NCBI GenBank assembly: GCA_963705705.1
Contig: CAVPKK010000003.1
Coordinates: 64,001-128,000 of the forward strand
Direction of reading: 5' to 3'
DNA from: an uncultured bacterium
GTDB taxonomy: Bacteria; Babelota; Babeliae; Babelales; JABCYS01
DNA: 64,000 nt
The notes beneath the pieces are model-generated. The model saw nothing but the letters and a program-made list of their open reading frames with translations. It did not search any database and was not told the DNA's origin. Both the position numbers and the translations under genes were made by a program. How positions within the stretch are numbered: position 1 is the stretch's first letter; each line of letters begins with the position of its first letter. This document shows positions 9,818 through 20,609 of the stretch, piece by piece.

Positions 9818-10773
9818 ATGAAAAGATTATTACTGTTTACGGCAGTTTTGCTTGCTCTAGGCATACCTTGCATGCGTTTTGCCAGGATCAAGAACTTATG
9901 GAAACCACGACCACCCGCGATGGAGCCATATATCACCGGTGACAATTTCAGAGCGGCATGCAATCATATTTTTGATGAGACCAAGCTTTTTTTAATCCAA
10001 GCAGAGTAACCTGCGGTGATACTGTATTTGTGGCGGCTGGGCTTCTAGATTCATTTTTCTCTTCATATCATCATCGCATCCAGCATCCGTATATTCTCAT
10101 AACTCATAATGACGATGCCAGTGTACCAGGCGGCTCTACAGCCAATGGAAGCGTACCCCACGACTTTCGTTCGTTTGTTGATGACCCAAAGATTTTTGCT
10201 TGGTTTGGCCAAAATGTTGATTTAGTGCATCCCAAATTAATTCCAATTCCTATCGGACTTCAAAACGAGCATTGGGGCGCGGGTTATCCTGCAAAAATAG
10301 TCAACATAAGCAAGCAAAAGATTGTAGATAAAAAGTATGTATTGTATGGCAATTTTCGGGTCGGCACTTCCAACCCGAAAGATCGTCAGCCGATATTTGA
10401 TTACTTTAAAAATCAGCCGTTTTGTTATTTTTCTGAAGGTCGGAAAAGTTTGGATGATTATTTATTGGATGTTGCGCAATCTAAATTTGTATTGAGCCCA
10501 CCAGGTAATGGTGAAGACTGCCACCGTACGTGGGAGGCTTTGTATTGCGGCGTTTATCCAATTGTACGAAAGTCGGCGCTAGACCAGATGTTTGCTGGCC
10601 TACCCGTGGTGATTATTGAGGATTGGGGGAAAATCACGGTCGGGTTTCTTGAGCAAAAATATCAGGAAATTACTAGCGCTATTTCCGAGGGTCGATATAC
10701 GTTTGAAAAGATGAATTTTGCCTATTGGGTTGACCGTATTAAGGCCAAACAGCAAGAATGCCGCTCTGTCTAA
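9818..10773 (+). pseudogene. Exostosin/GT47-like glycosyltransferase split by a 1-nt frameshift in a T7 tract (9987-9993)
   Basis: ORFs 9758-10009 and 10030-10773 together align with paralog 11847-12812; one extra T restores a gap-free join; SPPGNGEDCHRTWEALY. Confidence 0.8.
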
Positions 10774-11597
10774 ATCTTATACCCAATAAGATCTTCCAGT
10801 TTTTGATCTAGTTGTGAATTGATGTATTCCAGATCAATATCAGAAATAGCCTTATAAGCTTGCGGTTCGTAAGTCTTCTCGTTTTCCCCTTTGTAGGTAT
10901 CAATAGAAGTGAATGGAGTCTTTAATTCTAGATGATATAAATAAGCAATTTCTTTTAATACTTCTTCAGGATAGTCGCGAACCGTTTCATAATTAATAAT
11001 ATAAACATTAGGCGCTCGATTGTAGATTTCCAGCATGGTTTCAATTTTCGCGCTTCTCAATGCAAAAACATTTTTAAATGGTAGCCCATCTTTAGGATTC
11101 AAATCAACCAATGGATTTTTTTGAGAGGTTATTACTGAATCTGATCTATCAAGTAGCCATTTACTCCTGATAAAAGAGGAGAAAGGAATATGCCAAAGGG
11201 ATGCTTGAGCGTGGTGGGGCAATCTATGAATGCTTCTTGCCCAATCATACGGATCGCGGAAAATAACAAGGAATAGAAAATTTTGTGTATCGGTAAAGTT
11301 ATAATATCTCGGGTCTCCGTGAAAATGTTCTGGTCCTAGTTCATACCATGGAGGAAAATGCTTGTGACCTATCGCACGTTCAACCAATTGAGTATTTTTT
11401 TTTATGAGTGAAGTTAAGTAATTGGTACCTGAACAACGCTCGCCAATCACAAAAAAATTGCTGATCTTTTCAATACTCTTGTGGGTGTCAGCAATTCCAT
11501 AATTCAGAGAAAAAAGAGCGCTGGAATTGCAAATACAAGCCAACAAAATAATAAATGTCTTGGATGAAACGTTGATTCTCTTAAAGCTTGTATTCAT
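10770..11597 (-). CDS. Sulfotransferase-like protein with signal peptide
   Basis: IGERCSGTNYL (5'-PSB-like), FRDPYDWARS (3'-PB-like), INYE; paralog of 15208-16014. Confidence 0.65.
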   Translation of the reverse strand: MNTSFKRINVSSKTFIILLACICNSSALFSLNYGIADTHKSIEKISNFFVIGERCSGTNYLTSLIKKNTQLVERAIGHKHFPPWYELGPEHFHGDPRYYNFTDTQNFLFLVIFRDPYDWARSIHRLPHHAQASLWHIPFSSFIRSKWLLDRSDSVITSQKNPLVDLNPKDGLPFKNVFALRSAKIETMLEIYNRAPNVYIINYETVRDYPEEVLKEIAYLYHLELKTPFTSIDTYKGENEKTYEPQAYKAISDIDLEYINSQLDQKLEDLIGYKI

Positions 11598-11846
11598 TTA
11601 CTTCCCTTGCTCCTAATAAAAATCTGACTTCTTACATCAAGCAGATCATAAATAGCACTTAATGTGCAAGAGTTTCATGTGAAATTCATTATTCAGAATT
11701 ATCCTTCAGTAATAATTTCTATTTTAAAGTGCATTCCCAAACACTGTATGCCAATGTATATTGGCCAGGAAAAATTTTTCACGGAAACTTCCTTTTGTCT
11801 TTCCACTGAAATGCTTCTATTCATTATTGGGTTACGAGGTGATGAA

Positions 11847-12812
11847 ATGATGACTTATATTAAATATTCTTTGATTTTATCCTTGCTTTATTGTGCTCCA
11901 TTGCCTGCGCCACATCTGAAAGAAATGCCTTTTCTTAATTCAATAAAAAATCGCAAACGAATAACAACAGGGGAGTTCATTTCAGGCGATAATTTTAGAA
12001 GTGTATGTGATCATATTTTTGATGAGACCCACCCATGGCTTGATACAGAATTCATTAAAGAAGGTGACGCAATTTTTGTAAGCGGCCATTATATCGATGA
12101 TTTTATTGGCATCTACAGCACACATATAAAGCACCCTTATATCTTAATAACACATAATTCCGACCGATCCATGCCAAGCGGGAGCACGGTAAACCAAGAT
12201 TATCTAGCGTCACCGAATCTGCATTATTTCTTGGATGATGAAAAGTTGTTTCTTTGGTTTGCCCAGAACGTAGATATGGCCCACCCTAAGTTAATTCATA
12301 TCCCAATCGGTATTGAAAATATACATTGGGGGCATAATTATGTGCATTCAATTACTGAAATTTGCAATCGACAACCAGGTATTCCAAAAAATAGGTTGCT
12401 GTCAGCTAACTTTAGCGTTGCTACCAATAAACCCGGTCGGCAGTGCGTATATGATTGGTTTAAAAATAAACCCTTCTGCTTCTTCCCAGGGCAAAAGAAC
12501 ATTCGAGACTATTTGATCGACGTAGCACAATCAAAGTTCATTTTGAGTCCACCGGGTAATGGACTGGATTGTCATAGGACATGGGAAGCTTTATATGTAG
12601 GCACCATTCCAATTGTCCAGTCTTCCACATTAGATCCCTTGTTTGAAGATTTGCCGGTAGCAATTGTGCCAAAGTGGGCAGATGTCACGGAAGAGTTCCT
12701 CAATAAAAAGTATGCAGAAATGACTAATACATCATATAATCTGGAAAAACTATATTTTCCATATTGGGTAAATTTGATCAAAGTTTGTCAAACTAGATGT
12801 AGATTGGGGTAA
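11847..12812 (+). CDS. Exostosin/GT47-like glycosyltransferase with signal peptide
   Basis: ILITHNSD, WFAQN, IPIGIEN, SKFILSPPGNGLDCHRTWEALY.G.IPIV; SD GAGGTG before ATG 11847. Confidence 0.75.
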   Translation: MMTYIKYSLILSLLYCAPLPAPHLKEMPFLNSIKNRKRITTGEFISGDNFRSVCDHIFDETHPWLDTEFIKEGDAIFVSGHYIDDFIGIYSTHIKHPYILITHNSDRSMPSGSTVNQDYLASPNLHYFLDDEKLFLWFAQNVDMAHPKLIHIPIGIENIHWGHNYVHSITEICNRQPGIPKNRLLSANFSVATNKPGRQCVYDWFKNKPFCFFPGQKNIRDYLIDVAQSKFILSPPGNGLDCHRTWEALYVGTIPIVQSSTLDPLFEDLPVAIVPKWADVTEEFLNKKYAEMTNTSYNLEKLYFPYWVNLIKVCQTRCRLG

Positions 12813-12826
12813 GTACTATATATAAA

Positions 12827-13843
12827 TCAGGAATGGTTTGATCTATACAAATTTTTCGATCTATCAGCTTTTCTATTTCTTCTATATTTATTCGATCCAT
12901 TAGCCTTTTTACTGTTTATGCATTCATATGAATGGCATGAGACGTAGTCGTATTTCTTATGGAGGTCATCGGCACTGGAAAAATCTCCGAAAGAGACGTT
13001 CGCCCATTTAAGTGGTCGTAGTTTTACTTGATCCGTTTTTGAAAAGGCAAAGTTGAAATAGATTTCATATTCAGACATTGATGACCCCGGCAGTTCTTTA
13101 AGATCAATGCATCTCGCTATAGCTCGCCATGGCTCTATCCCATGGATTTGTTCAATGACCCCTAACAAATCTTCCAAAATAGCCCGCTGCAGAAGCATAT
13201 GATGGGATATTCCAGAGTAGTGTAAATATAATTTTTTAAATCCTGGCAAAAGCCTTTTTGCATGTTCGAAATAGGGCATATGATATTCAGTCCCAGGATT
13301 AAATAGTGCATGGCCATCATTATCTATAAATTCCGTTTCTTTTAAAAAAATGGTATCGGCATCAATAACTAAAACACTCGAAGATAGTCCTGGAATAACA
13401 AAAGGAGCATATAATTTAAGAAATTGTTGGTATATCCAGCCAATGCGAGATTGTGATTCATCCATATATGCCTGCATCTGTTCCCAATCATTGTTGAAAA
13501 TTTCCAGGGCTACAGCTTCCTTGCTAAACGGATATAAATTCTCATCGAACCACTCCGCATCTTCAGTTAGCTTTTGCTCTGAAACTACAATAATTCTGCG
13601 TATATTCTTGCCATGAGTTTTTATGCCATTAATTGCCAAAGGCAAGGTGCGTAAATCTTTTGGGTGAGTTATAAAAACGACGTCTATAGGCTCGTTGGTA
13701 AGTTGATATGTTTTCTTTTTATTAAAAATATCGTGGGAGGCCAGTACCTTGCAGAGTCCGCTATCGAAAAGTAAAACTGCAACGCATGGTAGTATGAATG
13801 ATAGGTGATAAAATTGTCGAATAAAAATCATAGCCTTCCTCAT
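12827..13843 (-). CDS. GT-A-like protein (DUF6492-like) with signal peptide
   Basis: GWIYQQFLKL, DXD motif IDADTIF, SEYEIY. Confidence 0.6.
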   Translation of the reverse strand: MRKAMIFIRQFYHLSFILPCVAVLLFDSGLCKVLASHDIFNKKKTYQLTNEPIDVVFITHPKDLRTLPLAINGIKTHGKNIRRIIVVSEQKLTEDAEWFDENLYPFSKEAVALEIFNNDWEQMQAYMDESQSRIGWIYQQFLKLYAPFVIPGLSSSVLVIDADTIFLKETEFIDNDGHALFNPGTEYHMPYFEHAKRLLPGFKKLYLHYSGISHHMLLQRAILEDLLGVIEQIHGIEPWRAIARCIDLKELPGSSMSEYEIYFNFAFSKTDQVKLRPLKWANVSFGDFSSADDLHKKYDYVSCHSYECINSKKANGSNKYRRNRKADRSKNLYRSNHS

Positions 13844-14163
13844 TTGATATCATCTTATTGATTCATTCACTAAAACTCTTTGCTGTTGGCTTAATGGTGC
13901 CGCAGCATACGTCTCTGTAACCATATTTCTTGCACTAGCAACGTTCTAATACCTTTGCCCCCGTTTATCTTTTTTGTCGCGTGCTAAGTTACTTTGTATA
14001 AAGGTTCTTTCAATCAACAATCTTCATATACTTGATTATTTCATTGACCATAGCATAAAATATTTTTGTCGTATGTAGGAAGTAATCAAAGTAATTGAAG
14101 AATAGATTTTCGATTTGCATGGGACTTTTGGCGATAATAATCGCATAAAAAGGGAGAGAGCGC

Positions 14164-15168
14164 ATGAAGTTTATGGTGGACAAAGTATCTTTTTGCCCAA
14201 TGATGATTTGTTTCATTTTTATGCTGCGTGCTAATAGCGGCGAAATCCCTGCCCAAGAAAGCTTTCGTATTGATGATCATCAATACTTAGAGCAGGGCAA
14301 CGATATATTTGCATACAATGCGATTCAGATTCCCGGTAATTTAAAAATTTTTGATAATCCTGTGGAAGAAGCATTGAAATATCACAGCCCCTATCCGGCA
14401 GCGAATGCCGAGACGGCCCCTGATGATTTTATTTCAAAATATTTTGTGCCCTATATGCTTCGGCCGGAAAGGTTTTTGCCACTCCGCAATTTGTATGAAA
14501 AGTATAATTTGGCGAGGATTAAACCATCCAATAATTTTATTATTCCGCCAATCATCCACCAAATTTGGGTAGGCCCTAATTCACGTGAACGTTTTGATCG
14601 GTTGCGACAGACATGGATCCAGAATCATCCAGGTTGGGTTTATAAGCTATGGACTGATGAAGATGTTAAAAAACTGAAGCTTATAAATCAAAAGTACTAT
14701 GACCAGGTTACCTGCTATGCAGAAAAGGCTGATATTTTACGGTATGAATTGCTTTACCTATTTGGTGGTGTGTACGCTGACATCGACAGTGAATCAATAA
14801 TTCCGCTCGACATTCTGAATTATTCTTATGAATTCTATGGAGGCTTAGAGGAGGACTATAGCTGGGGTATGCTTATTAATGGCTCTTTAGCATGTATTCC
14901 TGGCCATCCTATAATTGGTAAGGCAATAGAATCAATTCCGAATCGTATAGATAATTTAAAATTTAAAATCCCTTATAGTACTGGACCCACGTGCTTATCT
15001 AATGCCATGCTAAATGTTTTGCCAACATTGCAGGATAGGCCGATTATTGCATTACCAACTGCCTATCTATATGGCAGACTGCAGTCTCCGGATTGGAGTC
15101 GCCCTGCCAATTTGAAGCCTTATTGCTTTGTAGCGCATGCAAATGCACATTCGTGGAAAAAGAAATAA
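14164..15168 (+). CDS. GT32 (Och1/Gb3 synthase-like) glycosyltransferase with signal peptide
   Basis: IPPIIHQIW, YKLWTD, KADILRYELLY.FGGVYADID, TGP; exact start uncertain. Confidence 0.85.
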   Translation: MKFMVDKVSFCPMMICFIFMLRANSGEIPAQESFRIDDHQYLEQGNDIFAYNAIQIPGNLKIFDNPVEEALKYHSPYPAANAETAPDDFISKYFVPYMLRPERFLPLRNLYEKYNLARIKPSNNFIIPPIIHQIWVGPNSRERFDRLRQTWIQNHPGWVYKLWTDEDVKKLKLINQKYYDQVTCYAEKADILRYELLYLFGGVYADIDSESIIPLDILNYSYEFYGGLEEDYSWGMLINGSLACIPGHPIIGKAIESIPNRIDNLKFKIPYSTGPTCLSNAMLNVLPTLQDRPIIALPTAYLYGRLQSPDWSRPANLKPYCFVAHANAHSWKKK

Positions 15169-15207
15169 TTGCCATTTCTGCATCTTGCATCGGGGAAATT
15201 CTTCCAA

Positions 15208-16014
15208 TCAGGAAATTTTGTATCCAATACGTTCTTCCAACTTTTTATCCAGTTGTGAATTAATATATTCCAGATCAAGATCTGAGATTGGCTTATAAGC
15301 TATCGGCTTGAAATTTGTTTTTCCAGCTCCTTTGTAGCTATCTATAGCAGTATATGACGACTTTAATTGTAAATTGTATAAATGAGCAATTTCTTTTAAT
15401 ACTTGTTCCGGATAATCGCGAACTATCTCATAATTAATATAATAAACATTTGGTGCTCGGTTCTGGATTTCCAGCATATCTTCAATTTTTCTACTCCTTA
15501 AAGCAAAAATATTTTTAAATGGTAACCCATCTTTCGGATTTAGATCGAGTAAGGGGTAATTTTCCACCGCAGTAACTGATGGATCAATGAGCCAGGGCTC
15601 CCTGATAAAAGATGAAAAAGATAAATTCAAAAGAGACTTATGAGCATGATGAGGCTGTATATGAAAACTTCGCACCCAGTCATAAGGGTCGCGGAAGATA
15701 ACAAGAAATAGAAAATCTTCGGTATTATTAAAATGATAATATCTAGCATCCCCATGATAATATTCAGGGCCTAGTTCATACCAAGGAGGAAAATGTTTTT
15801 GTCCTATACGGCATTTAATTAATTGAGTATTTTCGCTTATGAGTGAAGTTAAGAAATTTGTTCCTGAACATCGCTCACCAATCACAAAAAAATTAATAAT
15901 TTTTTCAACATGCTTGTTCTTGGCAATAATTCCATACTCTAATGAAAAAAGAGAGCTCGAATAACTTAGGGAAATCAACAAAGCAACAAGAATGTGGGAT
16001 GGCCTACTCATCAT
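15208..16014 (-). CDS. Sulfotransferase-like protein with signal peptide
   Basis: IGERCSGTNFL, FRDPYDWVRS, INYE; close paralog of 10770-11597. Confidence 0.65.
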   Translation of the reverse strand: MMSRPSHILVALLISLSYSSSLFSLEYGIIAKNKHVEKIINFFVIGERCSGTNFLTSLISENTQLIKCRIGQKHFPPWYELGPEYYHGDARYYHFNNTEDFLFLVIFRDPYDWVRSFHIQPHHAHKSLLNLSFSSFIREPWLIDPSVTAVENYPLLDLNPKDGLPFKNIFALRSRKIEDMLEIQNRAPNVYYINYEIVRDYPEQVLKEIAHLYNLQLKSSYTAIDSYKGAGKTNFKPIAYKPISDLDLEYINSQLDKKLEERIGYKIS

Positions 16015-16037
16015 TAGAATCTCCTATCGTAATTTTA

Positions 16038-16877
16038 TCAAGTGGCAGCATTGGTAAAATCGCCAAGACGATTGTAGGGTTTTCTTCCCAAGACAGAATT
16101 GCCAAGCTTTATTTGCAATTTGCCGTCTTTTCGGAAATCACTTAAGTTGTTTGTCATATTGTATATATACGTGACTTCAGGAATGAAGGCATGTCGCTCA
16201 CCTGCCATTTCTAACATTGGGAACATCATAGCCCAATCCCATGCCATAGGATAAAATTTGCCTTCATACATTAAGTCATCGACGGAAATTCTCTTGAATA
16301 GACCTGCATAGAAAGTTCGCAATTGGGAAAAGTAAGTGCTCGGTTTATATTGTCTAAAACCATTTCGTTCGATGACGTCTTTTGGCACCGCTCTACAAAA
16401 TCCTTTTTCGTGCGATGGCCATCTTTCAAATTGGCCATACGTAAGCCATACACCATGGTCGCTGTATTCCTTATCGAGCCGAGTTAAAACATTTTCATGT
16501 GGAAGCCAATCATCCCCATCAAGTTGGACAACAACGATCTCATCTGGGCATGCGTGAATAGCTTTATATAAATTTTCTAAAGCCCCTAAACGCTGGGTGT
16601 TATGAATGACCGTTACATGATTTTGTAATTGATGCGCAGCAATAAATTCATCAATTAATTTCGCAGTGGAGTCGGTTGAGCAATCGTTAATATAGGTAAT
16701 ATGAAAATCTTGATAGTTTTGTTGGACAGCTGAACGTAAATTATCGATGCACCATCGTTCATTATTGTATGATGTTATAATAATTTCGAACGTGGTTGGC
16801 AGAATAGAAGCTGTCCAAGAAAAAATTAAGAAATAGATAAGTTTTTGGTATCTGGGCGTGAACGATTGATTCTTCAT
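16038..16877 (-). CDS. GT2 glycosyltransferase with signal peptide
   Basis: IIITSYNN, INDCSTD, LDGDDWL, WLTYGQF; paralog of 30645-31607. Confidence 0.85.
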   Translation of the reverse strand: MKNQSFTPRYQKLIYFLIFSWTASILPTTFEIIITSYNNERWCIDNLRSAVQQNYQDFHITYINDCSTDSTAKLIDEFIAAHQLQNHVTVIHNTQRLGALENLYKAIHACPDEIVVVQLDGDDWLPHENVLTRLDKEYSDHGVWLTYGQFERWPSHEKGFCRAVPKDVIERNGFRQYKPSTYFSQLRTFYAGLFKRISVDDLMYEGKFYPMAWDWAMMFPMLEMAGERHAFIPEVTYIYNMTNNLSDFRKDGKLQIKLGNSVLGRKPYNRLGDFTNAAT

Positions 16878-16976
16878 TTCATATCCTTATTAAAATTATA
16901 AAGTAATTATATTTTATAGAGAAGGGGCAATCAAGGGTACCATAGGCTTAGGGGATTAAAGTAGCGGCGATGCGGT

Positions 16977-17990
16977 TTACTCTGGAACCTTGGGATTGTT
17001 AGTCCAAGATCCTGCATCAACATGGGCGACAAATGTATACGGGGCGGCATTTTTGGGCCCGCTCCAGTCAGGTAGCATGTCCGCATGCAAGTATGCTTTG
17101 GGAAATACTATAAACGGTGTCTCAAAAAATATATAAGGCAAAATGCTTATTAATGCATCTGTCAGGCATAATGGGCCAGTACTATATGGCACCTCCATGT
17201 GTAATGCATTAATGCGATTGGGAATAGACTCTATTGCTGCACGAATGATAGGGTGGTTTGGGGCTGCGCCAATAGTACCGTTAATGAGCCAAGCATCGAT
17301 ATTGTCGTTCCACCCACCATAAAATGTATAACAACGATGCAATATATCCAGCGGCGTAACAGATTCAGTGTCCATATCTACATAAACGCCACCAAATAAA
17401 TATAAAAGTTCATAACGCAAAATATCTGCTTTTTCAGCAAAGTTACTTGCACTATCGTAATATGCTTGATTAATCAGTTTGAGCTGTTGTACATCTTCGT
17501 CGGTCCATAATTTATAAATCCAACCTGGATGCTTCTTTAACCATGTTTGTCGCATTCGTTCAAATTGTTTATGCGATTTAGGGCCCACCCAGATTTGATG
17601 AATTATCGGAGGTATAAGATAGGTGCTTGCTGGTTTTATATTTGCTAAATTATTTTTGATATAGATGAGATTGAATAATTGATATCTACTTGGCCGTGAT
17701 ATGGCCGGAGAAAAATAGGCTTCATGTGTACGGTAACTAAAGCGATTGAAGGCTGGAAAATGAGAATGGTATTTTACTGCCTCACCTTTTGGATCTTCGA
17801 AATAGATTAAATCACCAGGGATAGATATTGCATTGTAGGCAAATATATTCCTGCCTTGCTCTAAATAATTCTGATTGGTAATACTCAGCGTTGAACTATT
17901 GAAAGGGATCGCATCGGTGAAAGCAAAAACCTGAAAAATGGGGCAAGATAAAACAAAGAAAAATAAGGATTTTATGGATCTGATATTCAT
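16977..17990 (-). CDS. GT32 glycosyltransferase with signal peptide
   Basis: IPPIIHQIW, KADILRYELLYLFGGVYVDMD; shares YLEQG..IFAYNAI.IPG with 14164-15168. Confidence 0.85.
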   Translation of the reverse strand: MNIRSIKSLFFFVLSCPIFQVFAFTDAIPFNSSTLSITNQNYLEQGRNIFAYNAISIPGDLIYFEDPKGEAVKYHSHFPAFNRFSYRTHEAYFSPAISRPSRYQLFNLIYIKNNLANIKPASTYLIPPIIHQIWVGPKSHKQFERMRQTWLKKHPGWIYKLWTDEDVQQLKLINQAYYDSASNFAEKADILRYELLYLFGGVYVDMDTESVTPLDILHRCYTFYGGWNDNIDAWLINGTIGAAPNHPIIRAAIESIPNRINALHMEVPYSTGPLCLTDALISILPYIFFETPFIVFPKAYLHADMLPDWSGPKNAAPYTFVAHVDAGSWTNNPKVPE

Positions 17991-19756
17991 TATAAGAAAT
18001 CCTTTATTGGAATGGTTTGTAGTTGCGATGATGGTGCACCATATCTCTCAGAGATCATACCATCTTGCACAAGCAATACCCGATCGCATTGATCAAGAAT
18101 GGCTGGACGATGCGTAACCATAAGAATCGTAGTATCACGAGTGAGCCGCAAAATTTCCTGTAGCACCTGATCTTCTGTTTCTTGATCGAGTGCGGCGGTA
18201 CCTTCATCCAAGATTAACAATGCCGGATTGCCATAGAGCGCTCGAGCCAAAGCAATTCGTTGTTTTTGGCCGCCACTCATCTGGAACCCACCTTCGCCGA
18301 TCTGTGTATCGAGACCATCTTTGGCCTTCAGGAATTCTAGAGCCTTGGCTTTTTCTAGGCATGCAATGAGCTCTGTTTCATTATAAGGCCTACCGAGTAC
18401 AACATTTTCTCGTACAGTTCCCTCTATCAAATAGGTTTGCTGGGGAATATAGCCTATCATGCGCCACCAGCAGGGATGGGTTTCGGCTATTAATGGCGTA
18501 CCATCGATGCCGATGCTGCCAACAGTAGGTCGCTGTAACCCAATCAGAAGATCAATAAGAGTGCTTTTGCCGGCGCCACTTTTACCGACGATGGCAATAC
18601 GTTCACCTTGATTAATGTGCAATGACAGATTCTGGAATATAGGCCGCGTTTGACCTGCAAAAGTAAAGGTAAGGTCATTGCATGAAATATTTTTGGTAAA
18701 TGAGATGGCTGGAATGCTGGTCGGTTCCTGATCTATTGGTTTAGTGGTTGTATAACGCAACAGTTCATTCATACCTTTCTTCACAGCGCCTAATGAATAA
18801 TTGAGTTGCTGGTAATGATATAGAATGCGATTTATGGCAGGTACAAACTTGTTCAATGCAATGGCATACATAGAGAATAGCGGTGAGGCAATATCAATGG
18901 CCTGAAAAAAATGTGAGATACAGCCAGCAACCATAACAAAGAGCACAATAATAACGACCTCAAATGCTACACGTGGCGTAGTTTGTAAGGTCATCTGAGA
19001 TACTACCGATTTTTTTACCCCAGTAGCTGCTTGTTCAAAGCGTCGAGATGCTTGGCTTTCTCCTCCTACCAGTCGCAAGATTTTAAAATTGCCATGTGTT
19101 TCGTTAACCACCCGATAACATTCTTCCCAAGAATTTGCCAAAAGAGATCCAGCAGCTGAAACCAATCGATTGAGCGGTTTCATTAATACGCCAAGCAATC
19201 CGGCCATTACCGTTAATGCAAGTGTGAGTTTAAAACTGACCCATAGGAGCAACCCGTATATGCATGCAAATGCACCGACATCGATAATGATCTGCATAAT
19301 GTAGTAGCATATATTGCCATACTGCATACCATCTTGTGACAACAGCCGCCACAGTACGGCCGGGTTGATTGCTGCATATTCTTCATATGAATATCCCAGA
19401 AAACGAGTAAATGCGGCGCAGGCAACCTCTTTAAACCGTTCATAGCTGAAGCTATTAAGGTTATACGTGATCCATATTGATCCGAGCAATCGAGTAGCTT
19501 GCAATCCGATGATGATGGCTCCATAGGTAAGCAATGATGTTCCCCTACCCATTGAACCGAATCCGGATAGCAGATTGAAAAAGAATGTTCCTTCGAGTTT
19601 GTCAGGCGCTATCAAGAAGGTAAGAAATGGCATTAAAACGGCGGTGCTTATAAAATCAAGCAAGGTGAAGGCACCGGCTGAAAGCAGTAATACCCGTAAC
19701 TGGCGCCGGTCAGCCATACTCAGTGCGGCATACATTGCTTGTAATTCATGCAACAT
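17990..19756 (-). CDS. ABC exporter (fused TMD-NBD), PglK/MsbA-like putative glycolipid flippase
   Basis: TMD plus Walker A GKSGAGKST, YIPQ, MSGGQKQR, ILDEGT; glycan-cluster context. Confidence 0.8.
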   Translation of the reverse strand: MLHELQAMYAALSMADRRQLRVLLLSAGAFTLLDFISTAVLMPFLTFLIAPDKLEGTFFFNLLSGFGSMGRGTSLLTYGAIIIGLQATRLLGSIWITYNLNSFSYERFKEVACAAFTRFLGYSYEEYAAINPAVLWRLLSQDGMQYGNICYYIMQIIIDVGAFACIYGLLLWVSFKLTLALTVMAGLLGVLMKPLNRLVSAAGSLLANSWEECYRVVNETHGNFKILRLVGGESQASRRFEQAATGVKKSVVSQMTLQTTPRVAFEVVIIVLFVMVAGCISHFFQAIDIASPLFSMYAIALNKFVPAINRILYHYQQLNYSLGAVKKGMNELLRYTTTKPIDQEPTSIPAISFTKNISCNDLTFTFAGQTRPIFQNLSLHINQGERIAIVGKSGAGKSTLIDLLIGLQRPTVGSIGIDGTPLIAETHPCWWRMIGYIPQQTYLIEGTVRENVVLGRPYNETELIACLEKAKALEFLKAKDGLDTQIGEGGFQMSGGQKQRIALARALYGNPALLILDEGTAALDQETEDQVLQEILRLTRDTTILMVTHRPAILDQCDRVLLVQDGMISERYGAPSSQLQTIPIKDFL

Positions 19757-19925
19757 GGCAGGATCTTTCTAATGGTTTAAAGGCTTTCGAGCTTATCCTA
19801 GAAAGGATAGTATGGGTAGTCTGAATAATTGAGTATAAAAATTTCGATAATTGGTTGACTTTGGGAATATCTGTACTAGTTTAACCGACGCCAAGTTAGA
19901 ACCACAAAAATCGATAGGGGACGCG

Positions 19926-20609
19926 ATGCTAAAAAAAGGTATATTTGCTGCCAGCATGGCCATGATGGCGTTTATTGTATACAACAGTAGTCGCGGTGGT
20001 ATGGAAGCAATTTTTAGTGATATTTATGATCGCCGAACCTGGGGACACGGAGAGTCGGCTTCAGGTGCTGGATCTTCATTAGCCGAAACACAACAAATTC
20101 GTCAAGCATTGCCGGAGTTATTTCGGGAGTTACAGATAAGTTCATTATTAGATGCACCGTGTGGCGATTTCCATTGGATGAAATCAATCAACGTTGATGG
20201 TCTATTAAAAGAATATATCGGCGCGGAAATTGTCCCAACTATTGTTGCTGAAAATGAAAAAAATTACGGCAATGAGAAAATTCGTTTTATACATGCGAAT
20301 GTGGCAAATGACGCATTGCCACTTGCTGACCTTATCCTGTGCCGCGATTGTTTAGTACATCTTTCATATGACACCATTCGCGAAGCATTGCGCAATTTTA
20401 AACGCAGTGGTGCTAAGTATCTTCTGGCGACCAACTTCATGGAAACAATCGAAAATAATGATGTGAGCGATACGCGCCAAGGCTATTCATGGCGTCGATT
20501 GAATCTTCTGCAGGCTCCATTTAATTTGCCTCAACCGATCAAGGTGATTGATGAGGGAATGCACAATAAATCCTTAGCATTATGGCGATTAGATGAGATT
20601 AATATATAA
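19926..20609 (+). CDS. Class I SAM-dependent methyltransferase with N-terminal signal/anchor
   Basis: F..IY...WG..ES.SG.GS, LLDAPCGD.HWM, DLILCRD.L.HL. Confidence 0.8.
   Translation: MLKKGIFAASMAMMAFIVYNSSRGGMEAIFSDIYDRRTWGHGESASGAGSSLAETQQIRQALPELFRELQISSLLDAPCGDFHWMKSINVDGLLKEYIGAEIVPTIVAENEKNYGNEKIRFIHANVANDALPLADLILCRDCLVHLSYDTIREALRNFKRSGAKYLLATNFMETIENNDVSDTRQGYSWRRLNLLQAPFNLPQPIKVIDEGMHNKSLALWRLDEINI

Noticed and set aside
11652..11678. CIRCE-like ATAGCACTT-N9-GAGTTTCAT
   Set aside because: Right arm matches only 5/9 and it is not upstream of a chaperone gene
13860..14050. Possible gene relic between the DUF6492-like and GT32 genes
   Set aside because: Short interrupted frames with no recognisable motif
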